DNA from: Acidimicrobiales bacterium
GTDB taxonomy: Bacteria; Actinomycetota; Acidimicrobiia; Acidimicrobiales; SZUA-35
NCBI GenBank assembly: GCA_028285495.1
Contig: JANQPB010000038.1
Location: forward strand, 34,161-98,160
DNA length: 64,000 nucleotides
Direction of reading: 5' to 3'
Shown here: positions 28,547 to 36,726 of the stretch, piece after piece
How positions within the stretch are numbered: position 1 is the first letter of the stretch
How the letters are laid out: each line of letters starts with the position of its first letter
Position numbers and translations under genes: made by a program
The notes under the pieces: model-generated
What the model was told of the DNA's origin: nothing
The model's input: the letters and a program-made list of their open reading frames with translations, nothing else
Databases searched by the model: none

Positions 28547-28562
28547 TCTCACCCGGGTGAGA
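28547..28562 (+). promoter_or_regulatory. Palindrome copy e (TCTCACCCGGGTGAGA)
   Basis: Perfect palindrome ~90 nt upstream of the DUF4386 gene ATG. It is followed after 21 nt by CTCATACC. Confidence 0.55.
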
Positions 28563-28644
28563 TCAGCCGTCGTGCGAGGCCGTCTCATACCGGCCGGCAA
28601 GACCGTATGGGTTCACCGCTTCACCGATTCCTACCGGAGGAACA

Positions 28645-29367
28645 ATGACCACCACATCGCTCACCGCAAACCCACGAACCCCCGCCACTCCCCCACCCAA
28701 CCGCCAGAGGTCCGACCGCGCCACGGCCGGGCCCTCGGCCCTGGTCGCTGGGCTGGCCCTGTTGGCCATGACCGTGATCGGCGTGTTCGCGAACTTCGTC
28801 GCCATCGGTGGCCTGGTCACCGATGGCGACGCCGCCGCCACGGCGGCCGACATCGCCGGGTCGCAGACGCTGTTCCGGGTCGGGATTCTGGGCCAGGCCG
28901 CCGTGGCCGTGCTCGATCTCGTCGTCGCTTGGGCCCTGTTCAGTGCCTTCCGCTCGACCCATGACGGCCTGGCTCGGTTCTCGGCCTGGGTACGAGCCAT
29001 CTACGCTGGGATCCTCGTCGTCGCCGTCACCCATCTCCAGGCGGCCGTCCGCCATCTCGACGACGGCGACGTCCTGGCTCGCATCGACGCCTACAACGAC
29101 ACCTGGGCCCTCGGCCTCGGTGTCTTCGGCATCCACCTCATCGTCCTGGGCTGGCTGGTGTGGCGAACCCCCTGGCTCCCACGGGCCTTGGGTGCCCTCG
29201 TGGCCCTGGCCGGGTTCGGCTACGTTGCCGACACCGTCGGCACCGTGCTGTCGGCCGACGACGACACCAACATCGCCGCCTTCACCTTCTTCGGCGAGCC
29301 CCTGCTGATGATCTGGCTCATCGTCCTGGGCTGGAAGGCCACCCGCGCCCCAGTCGCCAACCAGTAG
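28645..29367 (+). CDS. DUF4386-family membrane protein
   Basis: GVFANFVAIGGLVTDGDAAATAADIAGSQTLFRVGILGQAAVAVLDLVVAWALF is the characteristic DUF4386 N-terminal region. Multi-pass. RBS GGAGG. Confidence 0.8.
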   Translation: MTTTSLTANPRTPATPPPNRQRSDRATAGPSALVAGLALLAMTVIGVFANFVAIGGLVTDGDAAATAADIAGSQTLFRVGILGQAAVAVLDLVVAWALFSAFRSTHDGLARFSAWVRAIYAGILVVAVTHLQAAVRHLDDGDVLARIDAYNDTWALGLGVFGIHLIVLGWLVWRTPWLPRALGALVALAGFGYVADTVGTVLSADDDTNIAAFTFFGEPLLMIWLIVLGWKATRAPVANQ

Positions 29368-29543
29368 CACCCAGCCGCCCTTCAACCCGACGTGTGCACT
29401 CGACAACTATGGGACCATCTGAATGTCGAGTGTCCAGGACCGGTTCCGCTCGACGAGACGAGGTCGAATGGCTCGTGGTTGATGCCGAGACCGAGCTGCC
29501 CTGGGCTCGTGACTGAGCCGATTCCGACCCCGAGACAGGACCG

Positions 29544-30599
29544 CTACACCTCCGGGGGTGTGACTCCGTTGATGGTTGTGCCGCCCTGCTGGTACACGAC
29601 GGCGCCGGTGTTGAGGAATTCGGCGGGGTAGTTGAGGATCGGCGTGGTCTGCTCGGTGAGACGGGCCATCGCCGCGTCGTCGAGCGTGACGTCGACAGAG
29701 GTGAGGTTGGCGTTGAGCTGGTCGAGGGTGCGAGCGCCGATCAGGGTGGAGGTGACGCCGGGACGCTGGCGGACCCAGGCCAGGGCCACGTTGGCGACGG
29801 TGGTGTCGTGGTCGGCGGCGATCTCGGCCATCAGGTCGAGGGTGTCGAAGGCGTTCTCGTCGACGTAACGGGAGGCGAAGGCGGCCCGCCCGGACTCGGG
29901 GTTGAGGTCATCGCGGGTGTACTTGCCGGTGAGCACCCCCATGGCCAGAGGGCTCCACGGCATGACGCCGATGTCGAAGTGTCGAGCCGCCGGGACCAGC
30001 TCGCCCTCGATGGTCCGGCGGAGCAGCGAGTACTCGACCTGAAGCGCCGCCACCGGCGCCCACCCACGGAACTCGGCCATCGTGGCTGCGGTGGCGACGG
30101 CCCAACCGGGGTTGCTCGACAACCCGATGTAGCGGACCTTCCCGAGCCGGACCTGGTCGTCGAGGGTGGCCATGACCTCCTCGATCGGGGTGTGCCGGTC
30201 GAAGTTGTGCTGCCAGTAGAGGTCGATGTAGTCGGTACCGAGTCGCCGGAGCGAGCCTTCGAGCTGCTGGATGATGGCCTTGCGGCCGCCCCCTCCGGCG
30301 TTGGGGTCGCCTGGGTGGAGGTTGCCGGAGAACTTGGTGGCGATGACGAGACGATCCCGTCGGCCGGGGTTGGCGGCCAGATAGCTGCCGATGATCTCCT
30401 CCGAGGCGCCGCCGCCATAGCCGTTGGCGGTGTCGATGAAGTTGCCGCCGGCGTCGAAGAACGTGTCCATGATCTGGTGGGAGGTGGCCTCCTCGGCCCC
30501 GCCCCAGGTCGGTGAGGGACCGAAGGTCATGGTGCCGAGGCAGAGGGGGCTGACCCGGAGGCCGGTTCGGCCGACGGTGACATACGAGCTGAGTGTCAT
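29544..30599 (-). CDS. Aldo/keto reductase
   Basis: ORF 29544..30698 trimmed to the ATG at 30599. LGTMTFG, FIDTANGYGGGASEEIIG and LVIATKF motifs. Confidence 0.9.
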   Translation of the reverse strand: MTLSSYVTVGRTGLRVSPLCLGTMTFGPSPTWGGAEEATSHQIMDTFFDAGGNFIDTANGYGGGASEEIIGSYLAANPGRRDRLVIATKFSGNLHPGDPNAGGGGRKAIIQQLEGSLRRLGTDYIDLYWQHNFDRHTPIEEVMATLDDQVRLGKVRYIGLSSNPGWAVATAATMAEFRGWAPVAALQVEYSLLRRTIEGELVPAARHFDIGVMPWSPLAMGVLTGKYTRDDLNPESGRAAFASRYVDENAFDTLDLMAEIAADHDTTVANVALAWVRQRPGVTSTLIGARTLDQLNANLTSVDVTLDDAAMARLTEQTTPILNYPAEFLNTGAVVYQQGGTTINGVTPPEV

Positions 30600-30642
30600 G
30601 GATCTCCAGTGGTTATGCGGTGAGCGGAAGCGCTGCGTCGGT

Positions 30643-30780
30643 TCAGGGCGACTCGGGTCCTTCGTCAATCGTGATCTCGAAGGTGCTGGCCAGTGCACGG
30701 GGCTCGACTGCGCCGGGCAACAGGTAGCTGGCGTTGCGCTGCTCGAGTGCGGCGAGCTCGGCTTGGTTGGTCGGTGTCAC
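30643..30780 (-). CDS. Possible 45-codon ORF translationally coupled to the SDR gene
   Basis: Its GTG overlaps the SDR stop (GTGA). Encodes VTPTNQAELAALEQRNASYLLPGAVEPRALASTFEITIDEGPESP with G/C-rich third positions. No family recognised. Confidence 0.3.
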   Translation of the reverse strand: MTPTNQAELAALEQRNASYLLPGAVEPRALASTFEITIDEGPESP

Positions 30781-31736
30781 GAGCCGCTCTCTTGAGGGTC
30801 GAGGTAGTCGCTGGCATCGACGCCGATGAGTGCCTGGGTCACAGCCCAGAGCTTGTCGATGTCGTCGGGGTCGAAGTGGGAGTCGTCGATCTCGGTCGGA
30901 ACCGGTGCTCCCGTCGCCTCGAATCTCGACCCCGGGGCGTACACCTTGTCGGGCTTGACGTTGTCGGCGATGAGCGCCTCCACTGCCGGGAGCGCTCCGT
31001 GGTAGAGGTCGTGGCTCAGACGCAGCCAGCCCGACACGCGCATCAGGGCACGGGAACCGAATCGAGCGATGGCCGAGTCGGCTGAGTGTCCGAGATTGGT
31101 TCGAGCCCATCCGGGGTGACACGCCAACGACATCGATGTCGAACCGATCCGCTCGAACTCTCGCTGGAGCTTGACGGCGAACAGGATGCTGCAGAGCTTC
31201 GCCTTGCAGTACTCCTGCATCTGGTTGAAGTCATCCGCACGCGTGACCTGCAGGTTGTCGACGTCGAGGTCGTTCCGGAGGAACCGCTTGTAGCCCATGC
31301 TCGAGAACGTCACGACGCGGCTCCCATCTCTCAGGACCGGCAGCAGCTGGATCGTGAGTGCGACGTGACCGAAGTAGTTGACGGCCATCTGACCCTCGAG
31401 ACCGTCATCGGTCGTCATGAAGTGGGACGGGCCGCCGCCAGCGTTGTTCGCCAGGAAGTCGACCTTGTCGTACTCGCCGGTGATGCGATCGCAGAAGCGC
31501 CTGATGCTGTCGAGGTCGGCGAGATCGACGATCTCGAGACGGAGATCGGCGCCGGGCACCTCGCCGAGAAGTCGAGATCGTGCCTCCTGCAGCTTCGCTT
31601 CGTTGCGTGACGCCATGATCACCGTGCAGCCGTGCTTGGCGAGGTGAGACGCAATCCCGTAGCCGGTGCCACTGTTGGAGCCGGTGACGATCGCCACCTT
31701 GCCGGCGAGGTCAGGGATGTTCTCGTGGTTGTTCAT
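30777..31736 (-). CDS. Short-chain dehydrogenase/reductase (retinol-dehydrogenase-like)
   Basis: ORF 30777..31982 trimmed to the ATG at 31736. TGSNSGTGYG cofactor motif, NNAG, and YCKAK (YxxxK) active site. Confidence 0.9.
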   Translation of the reverse strand: MNNHENIPDLAGKVAIVTGSNSGTGYGIASHLAKHGCTVIMASRNEAKLQEARSRLLGEVPGADLRLEIVDLADLDSIRRFCDRITGEYDKVDFLANNAGGGPSHFMTTDDGLEGQMAVNYFGHVALTIQLLPVLRDGSRVVTFSSMGYKRFLRNDLDVDNLQVTRADDFNQMQEYCKAKLCSILFAVKLQREFERIGSTSMSLACHPGWARTNLGHSADSAIARFGSRALMRVSGWLRLSHDLYHGALPAVEALIADNVKPDKVYAPGSRFEATGAPVPTEIDDSHFDPDDIDKLWAVTQALIGVDASDYLDPQESGS

Positions 31737-31840
31737 GGTCTCCTCGTCGGCGCGGTGCTGGGGTTTGCGGTGGTAGGGCGGCGGCGCCGTTTCGACGCCG
31801 CCGCCGTTCGGGACTCGTGGATGAGCGGGCGGCCCGGCCG

Positions 31841-32761
31841 CTACTTGTTGAAGAACTCGGCGACGGCGTCGGTCGAGGCCTTCACCGCGTCGGGCTTGTA
31901 GTAGAAGTCGACGTGGCCGAACTGCTCGAAGGTGATGACCTCCGGATCGTTGGTCAGCTTGTCCACGAAGTTGACCGAGCACACGCTCGTGTGGGCCCCG
32001 GTGCTGTAGATCACGAGCGTCGGCTGCGTGATCTTGTCGGCGTAGTGCTCACCGATCGAGATGAGCGACTGCATCGCCTGGTCGCCGATGTGCTGGGTCG
32101 TGAAGTTCGGGATCGTCCCCGGCCCGGCGAAACCGTCCTTGCCGTAGTAGCCGTAGGTCTCGTCGGCCATCGGGACTCCGGTGGCGACGAACTCCTCGAG
32201 GGTCATCGAGTCGTTGAGCACGATGGGCCAGGCGAGGTCGGCTTCGCCGGTCTCGTACATCTTCTGCCTCGAGGCGTTCGCCGCGGCGATCATCTGATCG
32301 ACCATGGCCCGGTCGGTCCACTGGAACTGGTCGGCGGCCATCATGCCCGAGACGGTGGCGATCTTCTTGATGCGGTGATCGGTCACCGCGGCCGAGGCGA
32401 TGATCGAGCCCCCCTGACAGACCCCGAGTCCGTAGATCTCGTCGACGAAGGGAAGCGTCCCGAGATACGAGACCGCGTCCCAGGTGTTCTCGATCAGGCG
32501 GAACATGTAGCGCGACTTCATGTGCTCGCCGGGCAGGGCCGGCGAGTCACCCATGCCGAGGTAGTCGAAGCCGAGGGCGACGAACCCACGTGCCGCCATC
32601 TCGGGCCCGTAGGTGGCCATGACCTGGCCCCGCACCTGCGGGAACGGGCTGGCCAGCACGATGGCCTTGTAGGCCTTGGTCTCGTCGAAGTCGTCGGGGA
32701 GGTAGAGATCGCCGACGAGGTCGACGCCGAACGACGTGAAGGTCACTCGCTCCGTGGTCAT
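31841..32761 (-). CDS. Alpha/beta hydrolase
   Basis: ORF 31841..32821 trimmed to the ATG at 32761 (a GGAG lies upstream). LGFDYLGMGDS and a GVCQGGS nucleophile-elbow-like motif. Confidence 0.75.
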   Translation of the reverse strand: MTTERVTFTSFGVDLVGDLYLPDDFDETKAYKAIVLASPFPQVRGQVMATYGPEMAARGFVALGFDYLGMGDSPALPGEHMKSRYMFRLIENTWDAVSYLGTLPFVDEIYGLGVCQGGSIIASAAVTDHRIKKIATVSGMMAADQFQWTDRAMVDQMIAAANASRQKMYETGEADLAWPIVLNDSMTLEEFVATGVPMADETYGYYGKDGFAGPGTIPNFTTQHIGDQAMQSLISIGEHYADKITQPTLVIYSTGAHTSVCSVNFVDKLTNDPEVITFEQFGHVDFYYKPDAVKASTDAVAEFFNK

Positions 32762-32920
32762 CAGAACTCCATTCTTGGGGAGGTTGGTTGCGTGGCTGTA
32801 GGGCTCATGCCGTCTTGCCATGTGCTTGAACGTTCTTTACGCTAGACCTCGTCAGGGCAGCCGAATACCCTGCTTGGCCTCGTTTAGTTGCACAATCCCC
32901 TCAGACGCATCGGAGCAGTC

Positions 32921-33832
32921 GTGACGACACCCAGCGACATCGCCGCCAAGATCGCCAGCCACGTGCCCCACGACGGCCCAGTGTCGACGCCCCTCGATGG
33001 CGTGCAGCTCTTCCGCATGTCCGAACCCGTGGCCCGGGTCGCCGGGGTCTACGACCCGAGCCTGTGCGTCATCGCACGGGGCGCGAAGCACGCGTATCTC
33101 GGGACCCACACCCACACCTACGCAGCAGGCCACTACCTGACTGCCACCATGCCAACACCGGTCGAGGCCGAGATCCGCCATGCGTCCCCCGACGAACCCG
33201 TGTTGGGCGCGCTCATCAACCTGCAGTCACGAACCATGACCGAGCTCGTCGTGCAGCTTCGGTCCATCACCCCCGAGCCCCCGCCGCCGACCGACGACGT
33301 CGCCGGCCTCACCGTCACACGGTGGGACAACCGATTCACCACCGCACTCGACCGCGCGCTCGACCTGCTCGACTCCCCGATCGACATCGATCTCCTGGGG
33401 CCCGGCCGACTCCGCGAACTGCTCTACGCCGTCCTGCGAGGACCCGCCGGACCCTCGATCCGCCACCACCTCGGCGGCCCCGCGTCAGACCTGAGCAACG
33501 TCTTGACGTTCATGCGCAACAACCTCGACCAACCCCTCGCGATCGACGACCTCGCCGACCAAGCCGGCATGAGCCGAGCCGCATTCGACCGCCACTTCAA
33601 AACGACAACCACGCTGTCCCCACTGAAGTACCTCAAGACCCTCCGACTCAACGACGCCGCCATGCTCATCGCCAACGGCACCGACATCGGCACCGCAGCA
33701 AGACGAGTCGGCTACACCAACGCCTCACAATTCAGCCGAGAGTTCAAACGCCAGTTCGGCCACTCCCCCCGAAGCTGGGCCACCACCAACGCCGGCGCCA
33801 CAGACCCACAAGCCATGGCCAACACTGCATAG
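32921..33832 (+). CDS. AraC-family transcriptional regulator (AraC_N/cupin-like N-terminus + dual HTH)
   Basis: ORF 32888..33832. GTG at 32921 preferred (GGAG 9 nt upstream). C-terminal LAIDDLADQAGMSRAAFDRHFK...VGYTNASQFSREFKRQFG. Confidence 0.85.
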   Translation: MTTPSDIAAKIASHVPHDGPVSTPLDGVQLFRMSEPVARVAGVYDPSLCVIARGAKHAYLGTHTHTYAAGHYLTATMPTPVEAEIRHASPDEPVLGALINLQSRTMTELVVQLRSITPEPPPPTDDVAGLTVTRWDNRFTTALDRALDLLDSPIDIDLLGPGRLRELLYAVLRGPAGPSIRHHLGGPASDLSNVLTFMRNNLDQPLAIDDLADQAGMSRAAFDRHFKTTTTLSPLKYLKTLRLNDAAMLIANGTDIGTAARRVGYTNASQFSREFKRQFGHSPRSWATTNAGATDPQAMANTA

Positions 33833-33923
33833 CGCCGCGCAACTCCGGAGCTCTCGCGTCACCCTGCCGAGCTCGATCGCACTGATCGTTCTCATCGCCG
33901 GCCACGGGCAGGAACCGCACAAC

Positions 33924-34001
33924 CGTCAGCGCCGGCACGACACCCGCTCCGGCACAGAACCGTCACCCCACCGTCCGCGGCCGACCGGTCGACGATGAAC
34001 C
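33924..34001 (+). repeat. Right copy of the 78-bp imperfect direct repeat
   Basis: Aligns to 12709..12786 and lies ~110 nt from the 3' end of tRNA-Ile. Confidence 0.7.
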
Positions 34002-34076
34002 GGAACAGCACACAGTCATGGGCCAGCAATCGGGCCAGCAGCACCGACCGGCGGAAGGGTCGGTGAGCGTTCGGAC

Positions 34077-34104
34077 ACAAAAAACCCGCTGCTGGAGCGG
34101 GTTT
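34077..34104 (-). terminator. Rho-independent terminator after tRNA-Ile
   Basis: On the minus strand: AAACCCGCT-CCAGC-AGCGGGTTT followed by a T-run (TTTTTTG), starting 6 nt after the tRNA. Confidence 0.65.
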
Positions 34105-34110
34105 CTCACG

Positions 34111-34184
<74 letters not shown>

Positions 34185-34227
34185 GGAGGACACAACGCTA
34201 TCGGGCGGCCGGCCCGACGGCTACCGA

Positions 34228-36030
34228 CTATCCCACCGACGCGTCGACCTCGGGCTGGGCCTTGCGGCGCCGCACCCTGACCGTCTCCTCCTCGATCACG
34301 GTCATGCGGATCCCGCCGACCAGATCCGAGATCAGGTTGAAGACCACGGTCAACAGCACGAGCAGCACCGACGACGCCAGGGTCAGGATCCCGGCGATCG
34401 CCACGGCGGCCCGGAACACCACGTCGCCCTTGATCTCGAACGTCTCGTAGTCGCCCAACTCCAGGATGAAGCCCTCGAGGTCCTCGATCGTGCCCGCCGC
34501 CTCGGCTGCGTTCCACACCAGCACGCTGGCCAGCAGCAGCGCGGCGAACACACACAGGTGGAACAGCACCGAGAACGTCAGCACCGACCACGGATCGATG
34601 TGGCGGACCACCCGCCGCACCTTGCGGGACTGCAGTCGCCGTGACCGGCGGAACAGGTTGATCCACGACCCTCGCTTGAAGACCTCACGTCCGGCCTCTC
34701 GCGCCCGGGACTCGGCCTCGAGCCGGGCCGCCTGGATCTCGTCGTCGCGGGTCTCGACGCGGCTGATCTCACCGGTGTGTGCGGGATGGGCGTCGGGTCG
34801 GTCGAGCTCGGGGGCCCGGTTGGACGGTGCCTCGCCGACGATCGGCGGGGCCGACGGCACCGCCATGCCCGGCGTGACCTCGGCTGGCACCGCCGGAACC
34901 GACGGCCCGGGCGGGGCCGCCGTCGATGTGGTCGCCGACGGCGCCAGGCCGGCCTCGGCCAGGGCCTCGTCGACCGTCAGACGATCGAGCTCGCCGGTCA
35001 CCGCGACCGTGTCGGCCATGGCCACCGACGCAGCGATCGACGCCTCGGGCTCGGGCTCGGCCATCCCGGCCGGCACGGCAGCACCGACGGGCGGACCGTC
35101 GAGGGTCGTCTCGTCGGCGGACGAGCCGCCACCGTCGGGCCCATCGGAACCCTCGGAACCGTCCGACCCGACGGGTGCATCGGTGCCGTCGACCGTCGTC
35201 GACGTGGCGCCATCAGCGTGGTCGGCGGCGGCACCGTCTGGCGCGATCTCGACGGTTGCATCCTCCGCCGACCCACCAGCGTCGGCTCGTGGCTCCGACC
35301 GGTCACCCGGCTCGTCGGACCCATCGCCGTCGGACCCATCGCCGTCGGACGAGGACGACGACTCGGTCAGATCGACGCCGGCGCCGGAGATCTCGGCGGT
35401 CTCGGTTGCGTCGGTCAGGATCCCGTCGGCTGAGGTGGCGGGATCGGCTGTGGTGACGTCGCCGGCCGCGTCCCCGTCGGCCGACTCGCCGGTGGCCTCC
35501 CCATTGGTCGAGCGATCGTCGGCCCTGGCCTCGACCGAGACCCAGCCGTCCTCCAGGTCGTCCTCGCTACCCCCGACGATGATCTTCGAGCGGTCGGACA
35601 CGGCGGGCTTGGCCGCCGACTTGATGTCGTCGAGGGCCGACTTGACCCCCTGCACGACGGCCTCGTCGACCGCGGCCTGTGCAGCGTCGGCGTCGACGGC
35701 GGCGGCCTCGACATCGACGGCGGCCAGCTCGGTCGGGGGCGCTGGGCCGCTGCCGACGATGTCGAACTCGGCGGTGTCACCGTTGCCGGACGTCGAGCGG
35801 GCTCGATCGGACGCAGCGCCACCGGAGCGGTTCTTGCGGCGGGACTTCTTCGAGCGTCGCTGGCCCGCATTGGACCGGCCGCCCTGGCCACCGGGTCCGC
35901 CGTCACCGGACGTGGCCGTCGATCCCTTGCGACCCTGCTTGATGCCCTCGGTCGGCTCGAACCCGAGGGCAGCGACGAGCGCCTCACCGATGTCGGCCTG
36001 ACCGGCCGGCGGGTTGTCCTCAGCGCTCAT
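34228..36030 (-). CDS. DUF3566-domain membrane protein with long acidic low-complexity N-terminal region
   Basis: ORF 34228..36393 trimmed to the ATG at 36030. The C-terminus RHIDPWSVLTFSVLFHLCVFAALLLASVLVWNAA...NLISDLVGGIRMTV is the DUF3566 signature. It occupies the conserved post-gyrA position. Confidence 0.8.
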   Translation of the reverse strand: MSAEDNPPAGQADIGEALVAALGFEPTEGIKQGRKGSTATSGDGGPGGQGGRSNAGQRRSKKSRRKNRSGGAASDRARSTSGNGDTAEFDIVGSGPAPPTELAAVDVEAAAVDADAAQAAVDEAVVQGVKSALDDIKSAAKPAVSDRSKIIVGGSEDDLEDGWVSVEARADDRSTNGEATGESADGDAAGDVTTADPATSADGILTDATETAEISGAGVDLTESSSSSDGDGSDGDGSDEPGDRSEPRADAGGSAEDATVEIAPDGAAADHADGATSTTVDGTDAPVGSDGSEGSDGPDGGGSSADETTLDGPPVGAAVPAGMAEPEPEASIAASVAMADTVAVTGELDRLTVDEALAEAGLAPSATTSTAAPPGPSVPAVPAEVTPGMAVPSAPPIVGEAPSNRAPELDRPDAHPAHTGEISRVETRDDEIQAARLEAESRAREAGREVFKRGSWINLFRRSRRLQSRKVRRVVRHIDPWSVLTFSVLFHLCVFAALLLASVLVWNAAEAAGTIEDLEGFILELGDYETFEIKGDVVFRAAVAIAGILTLASSVLLVLLTVVFNLISDLVGGIRMTVIEEETVRVRRRKAQPEVDASVG

Positions 36031-36109
36031 ACAGTCCCCGAGTCTATGGCAGGATCGTGACGGAAGATGGTCAGGCCGGGAGGCAATCCACACCCCTCGT
36101 CTGGCGGAT

Positions 36110-36619
36110 TCACGGGGTGACGACGGCGTATCGGGCGGCCCCGGCGCTGGCTCGCAGCCGGCCCGACGCCACCTCGACCACCACGGTAGGCGAGATCGCC
36201 GCCGACGCGCCGACTCCCGTTGTACTTCCCATCCCGGGAACGTCGGCGCCGGCCGGGTCCGACCCGACAACGGTGATCGAGAGCAGCCTGGCTCCGTTCG
36301 CCTCGGCCAGCTCGGTCGCAGCTGCGACCGCTCGCGAACCCCCGTCGGCCGGTCCCGCCACCACTTCCGCCGCGGCCGCCAGCGCCGCGGCATCGGCCGC
36401 CCACTGCACCCGAGCCTGACGGACCCGTACCTCGGCCGACACCATCAACAACCCGAGTGCGAGCGCCGTCACCCCGAGGGCGACGGCCGCCACGGGAACC
36501 GCCGACCCCCGCTCCGACCGCCACGGCGACGCCCGCCACCGATCCGGATCCCGCGCCGGCGCTCGCTGCCGCGCCCTCCGGGCGCGATCGGCCACGAGCC
36601 GTCGTCGATCCTCGTCCAC
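36110..36619 (-). CDS. TadE-like (Rv3654c-type) pilus/secretion-associated protein candidate
   Basis: ERGSAVPVAAVALGVTALALGLLMVSAEVRVRQARVQWAADAAALAAA matches the (D/E)RGSA-TM-...AADxAALAGA pattern of this family as I recall it. Several overlapping high-GC ORFs make the call uncertain. Confidence 0.5.
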   Translation of the reverse strand: MDEDRRRLVADRARRARQRAPARDPDRWRASPWRSERGSAVPVAAVALGVTALALGLLMVSAEVRVRQARVQWAADAAALAAAAEVVAGPADGGSRAVAAATELAEANGARLLSITVVGSDPAGADVPGMGSTTGVGASAAISPTVVVEVASGRLRASAGAARYAVVTP

Positions 36620-36726
36620 GTGTGTGCTCCTGCTCGCCGGTCGTCGGCAGCAGTGCGCTGCGAGGTGTGATGCTCGGCTCCGGACGACGATGCCGGTCGT
36701 CGCCCCGATCGGGACGACGGCCGTCG

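Noticed and set aside
29396-29431. Inverted repeat CACTCGACA-(18 nt)-TGTCGAGTG between the convergent DUF4386 and aldo/keto reductase genes.
   Set aside because: The stem is short, the loop is large and there is no T-tract. It is plausibly a weak bidirectional terminator but not distinctive enough to call.
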